Shown piece by piece: positions 36,708 to 47,971 of a stretch of 64,000 bases of DNA (positions are counted from its first letter, which is position 1; each line of letters starts with the position of its first letter). The stretch is from an uncultured Clostridia bacterium (lineage in GTDB: Bacteria > Bacillota > Clostridia > TANB77 > CAG-508), in NCBI GenBank assembly GCA_934120315.1, contig CAKOTX010000003.1, forward strand, positions 71,236-135,235, read 5' to 3'. A program made the position numbers and the translations under genes. Below the pieces are notes generated by a model. The model saw only the letters and a program-made list of their open reading frames with translations. It was not told the origin of the DNA and did no database searches.

Positions 36708-38981
36708 TTATTCTTCTTTTATAAATTTTACTGAATATATTGCTATAATCAAAGATATTATAAATAGTAATAAAATAAATATACCTATACTAGTAAATGG
36801 AATTAATATTTTATCTAATATAATTGTTTTTGTCATAGATTTTATAATCGCATATAAAATAGGAATTGACAAAACAATTGAAATTATTGTTGCTTTTATA
36901 AACATATAGATATTTTCATATATTAGTATTTTAATTATATTTTCTTTAGTAGCACCTAATCTTGATAATGCTTTAAATTCTTCTTCTCTTTCACATAGAC
37001 TTGCATTTATTATATTTATAGAACTTATTATTCCAATAATTATAATCGTTAAAATAATAGTTTGTAATATTAATTCTAGAACATTCGCATAAATTATTTT
37101 TTCTTGATTTTCTAAGGAATAATATTTTGCCGAAATGTCAGTATTTTGGTTTTGAATAATATTATCCATATAATTTGAAAAATTAATTATGTTTCCACAT
37201 TTGATTTTAACAAAATTTCCACTATTACTTGTATTTCCAAAATGCATCCATATATTTTGTTGATTGACGCCCTTTGGATGAATATTTATTTTTTCTTTTA
37301 TCTTATTAAATGTGTCCATGTTTGTAAAAATTGTTATCTTTTCTGTATTATTTATTTCTTTAAATCCACTAGGAAGTTTTTCTGTCAAAACAAAATTTTC
37401 TTTTAAAGTTTCATCATCAATTATTTCATATGACGCTTCTTCATCAACATAATTGCAATAAACTATTTTAAAATTAAAATCATAATTTGTTTCAAATGCA
37501 GTATAATATTTATATACATATTCTGTTTTTCCTTCTTTTTGAGTAATGTTATTATAAATGATATAATCCCCATTATTAGCATTTAGATCAGTTATATAAT
37601 TGGTATAAGATTTATCATCTAAGCCAATTATTCTGATTGGAAAATGCAACGAATCTGCATATCTGCAATTTGCTATAAGCACATCTTCTGGTTCTACTAA
37701 AGCATATAAGCCCATTACCTTATATTCTAAATATTCAATTTTATCACTAGAATTTGCAGCATAGTTATCAAGTATAGTTTTGTAATATTTATTTGAATTT
37801 TCATTAAGTTCTAATTCAGCATCAACATCATATTCATCAATTAAATTTGCTGCTACTTTTTCATAATTTATATATGTAGAAATTGTAATATATGAAGTCA
37901 TACATATTACAAGTAAAATTGTTATAATTTTATATTTATTTTTATTCCTCTTTAAATTCTTTAAAGCCAATTTTCCTTCTATATTAAAATGTTTTTCGAA
38001 AATAGAATTATTTGTTTGAGATTTTATTTGTTTGTTGTTTTTAATTCCTTGTATAACAGATGCGCTACTTGCTCTTATGCTTGGAATTAATGATGATATA
38101 TAAATATTAATAATTATTATAACAAATGATATGATTATATATTTAATATCTAACACTAATTTAAAATTGTATATAGTAGAAACTACTATATTATTCAAAA
38201 GTTTTAATAGCAAATCAGAGCAAAGATAAGAAAGTAGAAAGCCTATAATTATTCCAATTATTCCTATAATAATATTTTCTAAAAATGTCATCTTTAATAT
38301 TTGACCTTCTGTTGCTCCTATGCTGTTTAATACTGCATAATCTTTTTTTCTTTCATTAATAGTTATTAAAAACGCATTATATAATATTATGATTGATAAA
38401 ATTGAGAAAATTAACAATATAATTACAAGCAGTATATCTGCGACATATGTGAAATTTAGTCTAGCTTGACATGTTGGGACACTATCAGCATAACCATTTG
38501 GAATGATAGATACATCTATTAGTCCATAAGAGTTGAGCAATTTTGTGTTTAATTCGCAGTTTTCACTTGTTTCAATATATGTTAAATTTAAAGTTTCTAA
38601 TATGTCATTTGTATAGGCACACGTTTTTTTATAATTGTCATATTTAATATATATATTTATTCCATCAGTAATTTGGAAAGAATCTGGTAAATTATCTATT
38701 TCATATAATTGTCCTTCATTATTTTCTTGTAAATAAATTTGAGCAATATATTCTTTAGTTTTAATTTTATTAAGCCTGTCCAAATTTATATTTTTTATCG
38801 AAAAATAATAGTCATTATATTTTTGTGCAATATTTTCTTTAAAACTTTTGCCAATACTAGTCGCCACCAAAAGTGTTGCTATTATGAGAAATGAGCATAA
38901 TGCTATTGAAATTGTAGTATATATTGTTCTTTTTATATTTTTTCTAATATTATTAAAGGTTAATTTGGTTTCGATTTTCAT
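36708..38981 (-). CDS. FtsX-domain ABC transporter permease (two FtsX-type TM bundles, large extracytoplasmic domain)
   Basis: 757 aa. TM clusters sit near residues 20-40, 180-300 and 340-360, plus a C-terminal 4-TM bundle, separated by about 270 aa of soluble sequence. It lies downstream of the MacB-like ATPase. Confidence 0.75.
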   Translation of the reverse strand: MKIETKLTFNNIRKNIKRTIYTTISIALCSFLIIATLLVATSIGKSFKENIAQKYNDYYFSIKNINLDRLNKIKTKEYIAQIYLQENNEGQLYEIDNLPDSFQITDGINIYIKYDNYKKTCAYTNDILETLNLTYIETSENCELNTKLLNSYGLIDVSIIPNGYADSVPTCQARLNFTYVADILLVIILLIFSILSIIILYNAFLITINERKKDYAVLNSIGATEGQILKMTFLENIIIGIIGIIIGFLLSYLCSDLLLKLLNNIVVSTIYNFKLVLDIKYIIISFVIIIINIYISSLIPSIRASSASVIQGIKNNKQIKSQTNNSIFEKHFNIEGKLALKNLKRNKNKYKIITILLVICMTSYITISTYINYEKVAANLIDEYDVDAELELNENSNKYYKTILDNYAANSSDKIEYLEYKVMGLYALVEPEDVLIANCRYADSLHFPIRIIGLDDKSYTNYITDLNANNGDYIIYNNITQKEGKTEYVYKYYTAFETNYDFNFKIVYCNYVDEEASYEIIDDETLKENFVLTEKLPSGFKEINNTEKITIFTNMDTFNKIKEKINIHPKGVNQQNIWMHFGNTSNSGNFVKIKCGNIINFSNYMDNIIQNQNTDISAKYYSLENQEKIIYANVLELILQTIILTIIIIGIISSINIINASLCEREEEFKALSRLGATKENIIKILIYENIYMFIKATIISIVLSIPILYAIIKSMTKTIILDKILIPFTSIGIFILLLFIISLIIAIYSVKFIKEE

Positions 38982-39048
38982 ATGTTTTTCTCCTATTATA
39001 TAGTTCTATAAAAATAACCGACATATAGATATTATGCCGGTCTTATTT

Positions 39049-39930
39049 TTATGCTCTTGGATGAGCTTTTTTATATACATTTTTTAATGATTCATCTTGG
39101 AATTGCATATATATTTGTGTTGATAAAATATCAGAATGTCCTAACATCATTTGAATTGATTTTAAATCTGCTCCATTTTGTAATAAATGTGTTGCAAATG
39201 AATGTCTTAAAACATGTGGTGTGATATCTTTATCTATATGTGCTTGGTCTTTATAATATTTTATGATTTTCCAAAATCCTTGTCTTGTTAAACGTTGTCC
39301 ATTTACATTTACGAATAGTGCTTTTTCATTTTCATCTTTAATCATTGTTGGCCTTGCATCTACAACATATTCTTTTAATGCTTTTAATGACATATTTCCC
39401 ATTGGAACTGTTCTTTCTTTTTTACCATTTCTGCATGTTGCATAACCTGTTTCTAAATTTACATCTTCTACATTTAATGAGATTATTTCTGTAACTCTCA
39501 TTCCTGTAGCATATGCAAATTCTAGCATTGCTTTATCTCTAGTTCCTTTTAAATCAACATCTTTTGGTTGGTCTAATAATAATGCAACTTCACTTGATGT
39601 TAATACACTTGGTACTCTTTTTTCAATTTTAGGTGATTGAATTCCTTCTGTTGGATCTTTTTCTACAACTTTGTTTTTTGCTTCATATTGATAGAATGAT
39701 CTAATTGATGCTAATCCTCTTGATATTGTTGATGGTTTTTTTCCTATTTCTTGCATATGTGATATATATTCTTTTATTCCATCATCTGTAATTTCTACAT
39801 AATTTTCTCCATTGTCTTCTATATATTTTTCAAATTGCTTTAAATCCCTTTTATATGATTGAAGTGTGTTTAAAGACACTTTCTTATCATTTTCTAAAAA
39901 TCCAAAAAATAAGTTTAATTGTTCTTCCAT
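39049..39930 (-). CDS. xerD: Tyrosine recombinase XerD
   Basis: SLNTLQSYKRDL N-terminal core-binding domain; catalytic motifs ATGMRVTE, HVLRHSFATHLL and LGHSDILSTQIY. The start is at ATG 39930 after GGTGGGGG; the ORF-track GTG start at 39942 lies inside the RBS. Confidence 0.88.
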   Translation of the reverse strand: MEEQLNLFFGFLENDKKVSLNTLQSYKRDLKQFEKYIEDNGENYVEITDDGIKEYISHMQEIGKKPSTISRGLASIRSFYQYEAKNKVVEKDPTEGIQSPKIEKRVPSVLTSSEVALLLDQPKDVDLKGTRDKAMLEFAYATGMRVTEIISLNVEDVNLETGYATCRNGKKERTVPMGNMSLKALKEYVVDARPTMIKDENEKALFVNVNGQRLTRQGFWKIIKYYKDQAHIDKDITPHVLRHSFATHLLQNGADLKSIQMMLGHSDILSTQIYMQFQDESLKNVYKKAHPRA

Positions 39931-40045
39931 TTTTTCCCCCACCTATGATTAATTTTATTGTCTTATATCTTTTATTTTACATAACTGATATACTCCTATG
40001 TTATATCAAATTTTCATCCAAATGTAAATAGCTTTTACCCATTTT

Positions 40046-40681
40046 TTAAAAATATTTAATTAAATTAACTATCATTCTGTAAGAAATTTCTATTTTAATA
40101 ATTGAAGATATAATTAAGACTAGCATTATCATTAATGAAATAATGCTATGTTTAAAAATCGAAATTTTTATGTTTTCTTTTCTTCTATCTTTTACTATTG
40201 ATGTATATAATTTTATGCTACTTACTCCTAAAATCATTATTGCTGGTATGAATATGGCATTTTGAAGAAATATTGTTATTAATACAAATATAATCCCTTT
40301 TGCCTTTCCTAGTGTAAATATGCAAGATGCTATTGTATAGCCTAAACAGAATCCCCTGAATAATATTATCCCTAAAACTATTGGAATCCCAACAATTGTA
40401 GTTCCTGCAAACCATAGCAATATTGTAAGACCTATTTTACTTTTTATATCTTTTTGTAATTCTTCAAAATAGTTTCCGTTCTGAATTTGTTTTGTTTCAT
40501 CAATATATGAATGTATATATTTTTCAATATCTTCTTTACTCTCTTTTTGATTTACAAATAAAACTCCTAAAAATACCCCAACTGTAAAAATAATTACAAC
40601 TATAAAATACGCTTTAGCATGACTACTTATATCATTTTTTATAGTTGTAATTATTTCATTTTTTCTCTTTCGCATAGACAA
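40046..40681 (-). CDS. spoIIM: Stage II sporulation protein M
   Basis: 211-aa polytopic membrane protein with the typical SpoIIM length and topology, in the xerD-adjacent context seen in Clostridia. Confidence 0.7.
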   Translation of the reverse strand: MSMRKRKNEIITTIKNDISSHAKAYFIVVIIFTVGVFLGVLFVNQKESKEDIEKYIHSYIDETKQIQNGNYFEELQKDIKSKIGLTILLWFAGTTIVGIPIVLGIILFRGFCLGYTIASCIFTLGKAKGIIFVLITIFLQNAIFIPAIMILGVSSIKLYTSIVKDRRKENIKISIFKHSIISLMIMLVLIISSIIKIEISYRMIVNLIKYF

Positions 40682-40735
40682 CTCCTTTATAATAAATTTC
40701 TACATAATGTCTATGCAATAAATTATTTTTTAGAA

Positions 40736-41929
40736 CTAAGAAGCTGTTACTTTACCATAGTTTCCACCGCCACCGGCTTCAACTTTCATTTTTCCTTCAC
40801 GGGCATTTACAATATTTTTAGCAACTTTTTCTCCTACAACTGCCTCTATATCATCTTCTGAAAGTTTATGTAAAATATTCATTTCTGTTTCAAAATTGTC
40901 TAATAGTTTTTCTATTGTTTTTCCACCAACTCCTGGTATAAATGTTAGTGGAATCTGATAAATGTATGGAGGTCTATTAGCTGGACTTTGAGTAGTTTCT
41001 TTATCTTTTATTAATTCAATTCTATCAAAAACTCCAAAGGTTACTTTATCACTTCCACATTTTGGACAGATTTCAACTGGTTCTTTTGTTTCTATTGTAG
41101 AGTCACAATTGTCGCAATGTGTTCTATGATATTTTCCAAGCTTTGGATCTAATCCATAATTTGCTAATATTTTTCTTCCATCTTCATTTTTTAAAGCTTT
41201 TACAACTTCTTTAAAACTTATATCATTAACTAACATTTTGTTGTATTCTCTTGCAATTTTAGGCAATGAATGTGCATCAGAATTTGTAACAAATGTCTTG
41301 TCTTCTAATTCTGAAATCATATCAGCTAAAAATGTGTCTGAACTTAATCCTAATTCTACTGCAAAAATTTTATCATATTTTTCTTTAAATATGTCTTTTA
41401 ATCTATCTGTACAATTTCCATAATAGCTTTTAAATGGAGTAAAAATGTGTGCAGGTATCAATATTCCGTTATATTTTTCTACAATGTCTATTAATTCATA
41501 TCCTGATACATTTGATCTTTGAGTACTTAATGTAATGTTTTTTATATGTTTGCTCATTTCGTTTGAAAAGCCTTTTATATCGTTTAAATGTGGAAAGAAA
41601 CATACATTATGTGCTGCACCGCATTTTCCGTTTCTACCTTTTTCTGAAGTCTCTACTTCGCTTCCTAACAAGATACATACTTTATCTTTATAAATTATTC
41701 CACCATCTTCTAGTTCATAGGCATCTCCTGTTTTTAAAAAGTTTTCTATATCTTCTATAACATAAGGAGATGCACAATCTATTATTCCTACTATGTTTAT
41801 TCCTTTTCTTTCTGCACATTCTTTTGCTATATTTGCAAAATTTAAGCTTCTAGCAGCTGTAATTTTAATTGGTTTTCCATTTTCACTTCTTCCTATATGA
41901 ACATGTAAGTCTGCAAATACTTCGTACAT
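40736..41929 (-). CDS. Endonuclease Q-like PHP-domain protein (TIGR00375 family)
   Basis: N-terminal ADLHVHIGRS PHP motif and a Cys4 zinc ribbon (CDNCDS ... CPKCGS). Confidence 0.55.
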   Translation of the reverse strand: MYEVFADLHVHIGRSENGKPIKITAARSLNFANIAKECAERKGINIVGIIDCASPYVIEDIENFLKTGDAYELEDGGIIYKDKVCILLGSEVETSEKGRNGKCGAAHNVCFFPHLNDIKGFSNEMSKHIKNITLSTQRSNVSGYELIDIVEKYNGILIPAHIFTPFKSYYGNCTDRLKDIFKEKYDKIFAVELGLSSDTFLADMISELEDKTFVTNSDAHSLPKIAREYNKMLVNDISFKEVVKALKNEDGRKILANYGLDPKLGKYHRTHCDNCDSTIETKEPVEICPKCGSDKVTFGVFDRIELIKDKETTQSPANRPPYIYQIPLTFIPGVGGKTIEKLLDNFETEMNILHKLSEDDIEAVVGEKVAKNIVNAREGKMKVEAGGGGNYGKVTAS

Positions 41930-41935
41930 CTATTT

Positions 41936-42694
41936 TTATCCTTCTCTCTTTAATATTTTTTCTTTAACTTCTTCTGTGAACATTGATCTGTTTGCTGTTT
42001 CATTTGCTTTTTCTTTAAGCTTTTCTAATTCTTTGATTTTTTCGTCTACAGCTACTGAATAATCAATTGAAATTTGTTTAACAAATTCAGGTACATCTCT
42101 TGTTTCTCTGTGCAACTTTTGCAATCTTGCAAAAACAGTAGTATTTACAACTCCTAAAATTTCAACTTTATCTAAAGTATTGACAAATTCTCTAAAAGTT
42201 TCTAAATATCTATTGTATTCATTTTTTAAGTTTCTGTGTTCTATTAAAACAAGTGCTTCATCTGGAGAAAATCCTATTCTTTCTGGTCTATCCATTAGTA
42301 ATCCGCCAAATTGGTCAGCTAATTCAATAATATCACTTTCTTTTTCTCTTGGACTTAAACCACTATATCTGTTTACTCCTTCGCAAATTCTACAGAATCT
42401 TTCGTCAAATCCAAGTTTAACTAGATATTCAGCACCTTCTTTTGCATAAGTTTTCAATTGTCCTATTTTTTGCGCATCATCAACTTTTTTACAATTACAC
42501 AACAAACAAGCTGTTAGCACTAAATTTTCATCTACATTTAATTTAGAATATTCTAAAAACATTCTTGCTATCTCTGTTTTAAATACTATAGATTTATCAA
42601 AATTTATTCCTAGCTTTGGTGCTAAAAAATATAATATTTCTATTTTTGATATAAAATCATCTTCATTTAAAATATATTTAGCAAAATCTTCCAT
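41936..42694 (-). CDS. Hypothetical protein
   Basis: 252-aa soluble ORF, 6 nt from the downstream gene; no motif that I can name with confidence. Confidence 0.4.
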   Translation of the reverse strand: MEDFAKYILNEDDFISKIEILYFLAPKLGINFDKSIVFKTEIARMFLEYSKLNVDENLVLTACLLCNCKKVDDAQKIGQLKTYAKEGAEYLVKLGFDERFCRICEGVNRYSGLSPREKESDIIELADQFGGLLMDRPERIGFSPDEALVLIEHRNLKNEYNRYLETFREFVNTLDKVEILGVVNTTVFARLQKLHRETRDVPEFVKQISIDYSVAVDEKIKELEKLKEKANETANRSMFTEEVKEKILKREG

Positions 42695-42716
42695 GTTTTA
42701 TCCTCTTTTCTTTTGA

Positions 42717-44531
42717 TTAAGAGTTAAAAAATTGATTAAACTCTTCTTCATTTATTTTTTCTTTTGATATTAATACAGATGCTATTGCATGTAATTTATC
42801 TACATTTTGTCTTAAGATTTCTTGTGCATCTCTATATGCTGTATCTATTAATCTTTTTACTTCTTTTCCAATTGCATCTTGCATGTCATCACCAAACATT
42901 TGGTAATTCATTTCTCCATCACTATCTTTAAATGATATTGTTCCTATTGTATCACTCATTCCATAAACAGTAATCATGTCTCTTGCAATTTGTGTTGCTA
43001 CCTCTAGATCATTACTTGCACCAGTTGAAATATCATCTAATATAAGTTTTTCTGCTGCTCTTCCACCTAATAAAGCAATAAGCTTTTCTTGCATTTCTGT
43101 TTTAGATATATAATATTTGTCTTCATCAGATTTGTACATTGTATATCCGCCAGCCATTCCTCTTGGAATTATTGATACTTCTTTTACTGCTGTTTGTGTT
43201 GGTAAGAATTGGCTTACTATAGCATGTCCAGCTTCGTGATATGCGGTTAATTTTTTATCTTTTTCTGATATTTTTCTGCTTGTTTTTTCAAGACCTACAG
43301 TTACTTTCTTTACCGCTTCATCTAAGTCTGAATTTGTTATTGCATCATGTTCTTTTTTAGTTGCTATTATTGCTGCTTCATTTAAAATATTAGCAAGTTC
43401 TGCTCCTGTAAATCCTGCAGTATCTTCTGCTATGCTATATAATGATACATCATCTGCTAATTTCTTGTCTTTAGCATGAATTTTTAATATAGCTTCTCTT
43501 CCTGTTAAGTCTGGTGCTGGTATTGTTACTTGTCTATCAAATCTTCCTGGTCTTAATAAAGCTTTATCTAGCATTTCTGGTCTATTTGTTGCTGCTAATA
43601 CAATAATTGTTTCTTCTGATGAGAAACCATCCATTTCAACTAATAATTGATTTAATGTTTGATTATTTTCAGATTCTGCTCCACTATTGCTTGTTCTTCT
43701 TGAACCAATTGCATCAATCTCATCTATAAACACTATACATGGTGATAGTTTTCTTGCTTTATCAAATAATTTTCTTACTCTTGATGCTCCAAGTCCTGCG
43801 AACATTTCTATAAATTCTGAACCACTCATAGAAATAAATGGTACATCTGCTTCTCCAGCAATTGCTTTTGCAATTAATGTTTTACCAGTTCCTGGCTTAC
43901 CATATAATAAAACACCTTTTGGGATTTTTGCTCCCATTTCTGTGAATTTTTTTGGTTGTTTCAAAAATTCTACAATTTCTTTTAATTCTTCTTTTTCTTC
44001 ATCTAGTCCTGCTATATCATCAAATGTAATTTTTGTTTTTCTTTCTGTATCATCATATACTTCGCCTTTGTCTCCAAGTCCTTGCATTTTGAAAATCATT
44101 ATAAACAATGCTACCATAATTACTGTTGGTAATACAGACATTATATAAGATGGAACTTGTGATATAATACTTGGTTTCTTTACCTCTAAAGTAACACCTT
44201 TTTCTTCTAGTGCTTTTTCTTGTACCAATTCTGTAAATGCTTGTGTACTTGATATTATTGTTGTTTTTTCTTCTTCTGCATCTTTTAATTTTACCTTTAA
44301 TGTAGCACTTCCAACTGTCATTTCTATTTTTTCTACATTTCCTGCTTCAATTTGTTGTACTAAATCTGTATAAGATAATTTTTTATCATCTTCACTTTCT
44401 TGCTTTTTATTTGTATATACCATATATATGCCAAATGCTAAAGCTAATATAATTCCTATTATTAATACTGTATTAATAAATGTTCTTAATATATTTTTGT
44501 ATTTATCTTTATTGTTATTATTGTCGTTCAT
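42717..44531 (-). CDS. ftsH: ATP-dependent zinc metalloprotease FtsH
   Basis: AAA+ Walker A GKPGTGKTLIAKAIAGEA, Walker B IVFIDEIDA, SRH region, and zinc motif HEAGHA. Confidence 0.95.
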   Translation of the reverse strand: MNDNNNNKDKYKNILRTFINTVLIIGIILALAFGIYMVYTNKKQESEDDKKLSYTDLVQQIEAGNVEKIEMTVGSATLKVKLKDAEEEKTTIISSTQAFTELVQEKALEEKGVTLEVKKPSIISQVPSYIMSVLPTVIMVALFIMIFKMQGLGDKGEVYDDTERKTKITFDDIAGLDEEKEELKEIVEFLKQPKKFTEMGAKIPKGVLLYGKPGTGKTLIAKAIAGEADVPFISMSGSEFIEMFAGLGASRVRKLFDKARKLSPCIVFIDEIDAIGSRRTSNSGAESENNQTLNQLLVEMDGFSSEETIIVLAATNRPEMLDKALLRPGRFDRQVTIPAPDLTGREAILKIHAKDKKLADDVSLYSIAEDTAGFTGAELANILNEAAIIATKKEHDAITNSDLDEAVKKVTVGLEKTSRKISEKDKKLTAYHEAGHAIVSQFLPTQTAVKEVSIIPRGMAGGYTMYKSDEDKYYISKTEMQEKLIALLGGRAAEKLILDDISTGASNDLEVATQIARDMITVYGMSDTIGTISFKDSDGEMNYQMFGDDMQDAIGKEVKRLIDTAYRDAQEILRQNVDKLHAIASVLISKEKINEEEFNQFFNS

Positions 44532-44546
44532 CTGTTCTCCTCCTTC

Positions 44547-45596
44547 TTAAGCTTCTGAACCTTGAGGTTCTTCTCCTTCATCATCCTCTTTTTGTTCTTT
44601 CTTTTCATCCTTTTCTTGTTTTTTCTCTTCAGGTTCTTCCTTTTTATTTTCTTGTTCTTTTATTTCTTCTTTAACATTTTTTTGCTCTTCTCTGATTTTT
44701 TCTACTTCTTGCATTTTTCTTATCAAATCATCTTTTAGTATAAATATTGTTGCAGCTAAATAAATATAAGCTATTGCAATATATGCAACTTGGAAATATT
44801 TAATAGAGAATGTTGTAAAGTAATTAATTATTATATATATAATGTTCAAAAATATTGGTAATGTTAATGCATATGCAGCCATACTATACAATGCTGAAAA
44901 TTTTATTTTTATCTTTGCAAGTGAACCTGTTATCCATCCTAATATTGCAATTTCGAAAGCATCTAATAATGCATATATAACATTCATAATCAACAAATAT
45001 ATAAATAATGATAATCCATATCTTGTATAAAATGGTACCATTCTTTCACTTGTTAAATAATCAGTAAAATCTGTTTTATTAAATGATTGGATATCTGTTC
45101 CTGTATAACTTTGAATGAAATTGCTATATGTATATACTTGTTCTGCTGTTTTATCTGATTCTGATGTTTTTCCAACTAGTACAATTTCATCTTTAAACAA
45201 GAACACAATTATTCCTTCCATTGAATTATCTGTTTTGTCTTTTTCTTTTTGCTCTGCTGTATCAGCACTTGGATCAATTACTATTCTATCTATTCCTTGA
45301 TATTGAATATCATTTATAACAATAGGTTCTTCTGTATTCATTTCTAATTTTCCATCATTATAAGAAAACTCTGGAATATTTTCTTGAATATATTGAGCTA
45401 AATCTTTCATCAATTTATTTGTTTGTAATAATGAACCTACCATTGCAGCTACAGTTACTAATGTTATTAATATTAACAAATATCTTGTTGAAGTTTTTAT
45501 TCCTTCTGCTGCCATTGCTGGATATTGTTCAAATTTGGTAATAGAGTACCATATCTTTTTAAAAAAGTTTATATTTTTAACTTTGTTCTCTTTCAT
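44547..45596 (-). CDS. DUF1189 family membrane protein with a Lys/Glu-rich C-terminal tail
   Basis: NFFKKIWYSITKFEQYPAMAAEG N-terminus and multiple TM helices. Tail sequence is EEQKNVKEEIKEQENKKEEPEEKKQEKDEKKEQKEDDEGEE. Confidence 0.55.
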   Translation of the reverse strand: MKENKVKNINFFKKIWYSITKFEQYPAMAAEGIKTSTRYLLILITLVTVAAMVGSLLQTNKLMKDLAQYIQENIPEFSYNDGKLEMNTEEPIVINDIQYQGIDRIVIDPSADTAEQKEKDKTDNSMEGIIVFLFKDEIVLVGKTSESDKTAEQVYTYSNFIQSYTGTDIQSFNKTDFTDYLTSERMVPFYTRYGLSLFIYLLIMNVIYALLDAFEIAILGWITGSLAKIKIKFSALYSMAAYALTLPIFLNIIYIIINYFTTFSIKYFQVAYIAIAYIYLAATIFILKDDLIRKMQEVEKIREEQKNVKEEIKEQENKKEEPEEKKQEKDEKKEQKEDDEGEEPQGSEA

Positions 45597-45647
45597 TTCT
45601 TATTCCTTTTAAACTTTATTTAGGTTTTTGGTTATACCTATAAACCT

Positions 45648-46748
45648 TTAAATGTATTCTCTAGTAATACTGCTATCTACAAACATTGGACTTATATTAA
45701 AATAAACCTCATCATTAATATTAATTTCTTTTCCTGTTATATCAACACTAACATGATACATTCCTAAACGTCCTAAAACTTTATGTCTTTCATCATTTAT
45801 TGTTACATATAAGTTTTTATCTCTAAAAGCATCTTTTACATCTCTTATTACATACCTTAGTTTATCAATTGGTCTAAACATATCTCTATCTACTTTAACA
45901 TTAAATCCATCAGCATATCCTACTGGAACAATAGCAATCTTAGTTTCTTTCTGTGTAGTATATGAATTTGAATATCCTATATTGTATCCCTTAGGAAGGC
46001 TTTTTATTTCTGCAATATTTGATTTTAGATATCCTACTTTTTTGAATCCCCATTTATTTGGAATTGCTAGTCTACCTAATAACGCAGAACCAATTCTTAC
46101 AGCATCTAAATGCATATTTTCAAATCTTAAAAATGCTGATGAATTGCATACATGCAACATTCCTGTATCAATCTTATTTTGCTTTAGATATTCCACTGTT
46201 GCCATAAATCTTTCAAATTGTTCTTGAGTTTCTTTTCCATCTCCAAAAAATGCAATAGAAAAATGTGTAAATGCTCCTTCTATTTTTACATTTTCTAATT
46301 TCTTTAATGATTCTAAGATTTTTTCTTTTTCTGCATAAATAAATCCATATCTTCCAAATCCAGTATCTATTTTTAAATGTGCTCTTATTTTTTTATTTTT
46401 ACTTTTTGCCACTTCTTCTGCTACTTCAACTGCTTCATTTGAGCCTATTGTTATTATAATATCATTTTCTACTAATGCTTCAACATCTTCTTTTACAGCT
46501 GTTGATGACATCATCAAGATATCTTGCTTTATGCCACTTTTTCTTAGTTTTATCGCTTCTTCTACTGTTGCAACTGCAAAAATTTCTATTCCATTGTCTG
46601 CTAGAAATTCTGCATATTCAACTAATCCTAATCCATATCCATTTCCTTTTATTACTGCTATTATTTTAGTTTTGTTTTTTTCTGCTCTCCCTTTTATTAT
46701 TTTCAAATTATGTTTTAGATTCTGTTTTTCTACAACTAATGTTTTCAT
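45648..46748 (-). CDS. Alanine/ornithine racemase family PLP-dependent enzyme
   Basis: The PLP-lysine region [12 protein letters not shown] diverges from the canonical alanine racemase VVKANAYGHG. 366 aa with the TIM barrel plus beta-domain layout. Confidence 0.7.
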   Translation of the reverse strand: MKTLVVEKQNLKHNLKIIKGRAEKNKTKIIAVIKGNGYGLGLVEYAEFLADNGIEIFAVATVEEAIKLRKSGIKQDILMMSSTAVKEDVEALVENDIIITIGSNEAVEVAEEVAKSKNKKIRAHLKIDTGFGRYGFIYAEKEKILESLKKLENVKIEGAFTHFSIAFFGDGKETQEQFERFMATVEYLKQNKIDTGMLHVCNSSAFLRFENMHLDAVRIGSALLGRLAIPNKWGFKKVGYLKSNIAEIKSLPKGYNIGYSNSYTTQKETKIAIVPVGYADGFNVKVDRDMFRPIDKLRYVIRDVKDAFRDKNLYVTINDERHKVLGRLGMYHVSVDITGKEININDEVYFNISPMFVDSSITREYI

Positions 46749-46756
46749 ATTTCTCC

Positions 46757-47812
46757 TTATTTTTTTAATTTTGTTTTTAATCCTCTTAAATTTCTAAATG
46801 TTTTTTCTGAAAATTTATAAATTGAATATGTTAATGGTTTAAATGGAATATATACTTCTCCAATAAATTCTGTAAATGTTGCTCCAAATCCTTTTTTGAA
46901 TCTATATAATCCGTATTGTGGATGACTTTCGTCTACAACTCCTGATACTCCTCTAAAATCATAAATATCGTCTTTTCTTGCTAATGCCATTTTTATCATT
47001 TCCCATTGTAATAAATAATTTGGCATTAAATTTCTGTGTTCATTGCTACTTGCTCCATATAAATACCATGTTTTATTTCCATAAAAAATTGGAATTACTC
47101 CTGATATTGCTTTTCCATTATGATATGCCATTAATAATTTCATATGATTTGGTGCAAGTTCATCATACATTTTTTCAAAATATGATAATGGTCTAATTAT
47201 AAATCCATCTCTTGCCCCTGTTTCAACCATGATTTTATGGAATTCTTTTAAATCTTCTCTTGTTCCTTCTTTTACTTCAACACCTTTTTTTATTGCAAGA
47301 CGTACATTATATCTTGTTTTTGAGTGAAATCCTGAAAAAATCTCATCTTCTGTTTTATCTTTTATGTCAAGTCTGAATACATATCTTGGTTGTATTTCTT
47401 CTCTAAAATTTTTAGCATCATCTTTTATCTTGTAACCTAAACTTGTTACAACTTTTCTAAACTCTTCATCTTTGCTTTCAATGTCTGGCTCTGCTTTATA
47501 CACAAAGGCATTATATTTTTTAGCTAATTCCTTAATTCCATCTGTTAATTGTCTCATTACTGCTACATCATGTATATCACAAGTCGGTCCTCTTGAAGAA
47601 TACATAATATTACCGAAAACAGGAATTTTTCTTATTAATACACTTACTGCTCCTATAATTTTTCCATTTTCATCTTCTGCTAAGACTACTTCGTTTCTCC
47701 AATTTGATTTTACTTTTGCCCATTCTGGTGATTGTTGAAAGTTGCATCTTTCATGACTTTCTAGGAATTCTTTATATTCCTTTTTACTCTTTTCATCTGT
47801 TACAAATCTCAT
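46757..47812 (-). CDS. FemAB family peptidoglycan interpeptide-bridge aminoacyltransferase
   Basis: [11 protein letters not shown] ..., [22 protein letters not shown] and YDFRGV motifs typical of FemX/MurM-type transferases. Confidence 0.85.
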   Translation of the reverse strand: MRFVTDEKSKKEYKEFLESHERCNFQQSPEWAKVKSNWRNEVVLAEDENGKIIGAVSVLIRKIPVFGNIMYSSRGPTCDIHDVAVMRQLTDGIKELAKKYNAFVYKAEPDIESKDEEFRKVVTSLGYKIKDDAKNFREEIQPRYVFRLDIKDKTEDEIFSGFHSKTRYNVRLAIKKGVEVKEGTREDLKEFHKIMVETGARDGFIIRPLSYFEKMYDELAPNHMKLLMAYHNGKAISGVIPIFYGNKTWYLYGASSNEHRNLMPNYLLQWEMIKMALARKDDIYDFRGVSGVVDESHPQYGLYRFKKGFGATFTEFIGEVYIPFKPLTYSIYKFSEKTFRNLRGLKTKLKK

Positions 47813-47971
47813 TTTTTGACCTCATTCCTTTTTGCTCTTTTTTATTATTTACATTTTGCCTTTATTTTACACTAAATATATTATTTTTACAAGGCTTTTT
47901 GAAATTTAATTTTTGTTTGCATTTTTAACAAAAAAATTACGGGTATAAGTAATCTTACCCCGTAATTATAT

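Noticed and set aside
40218-40415. 65-aa minus-strand ORF inside spoIIM
   Set aside because: It is an alternative frame within a well-supported membrane-protein gene, with no RBS.
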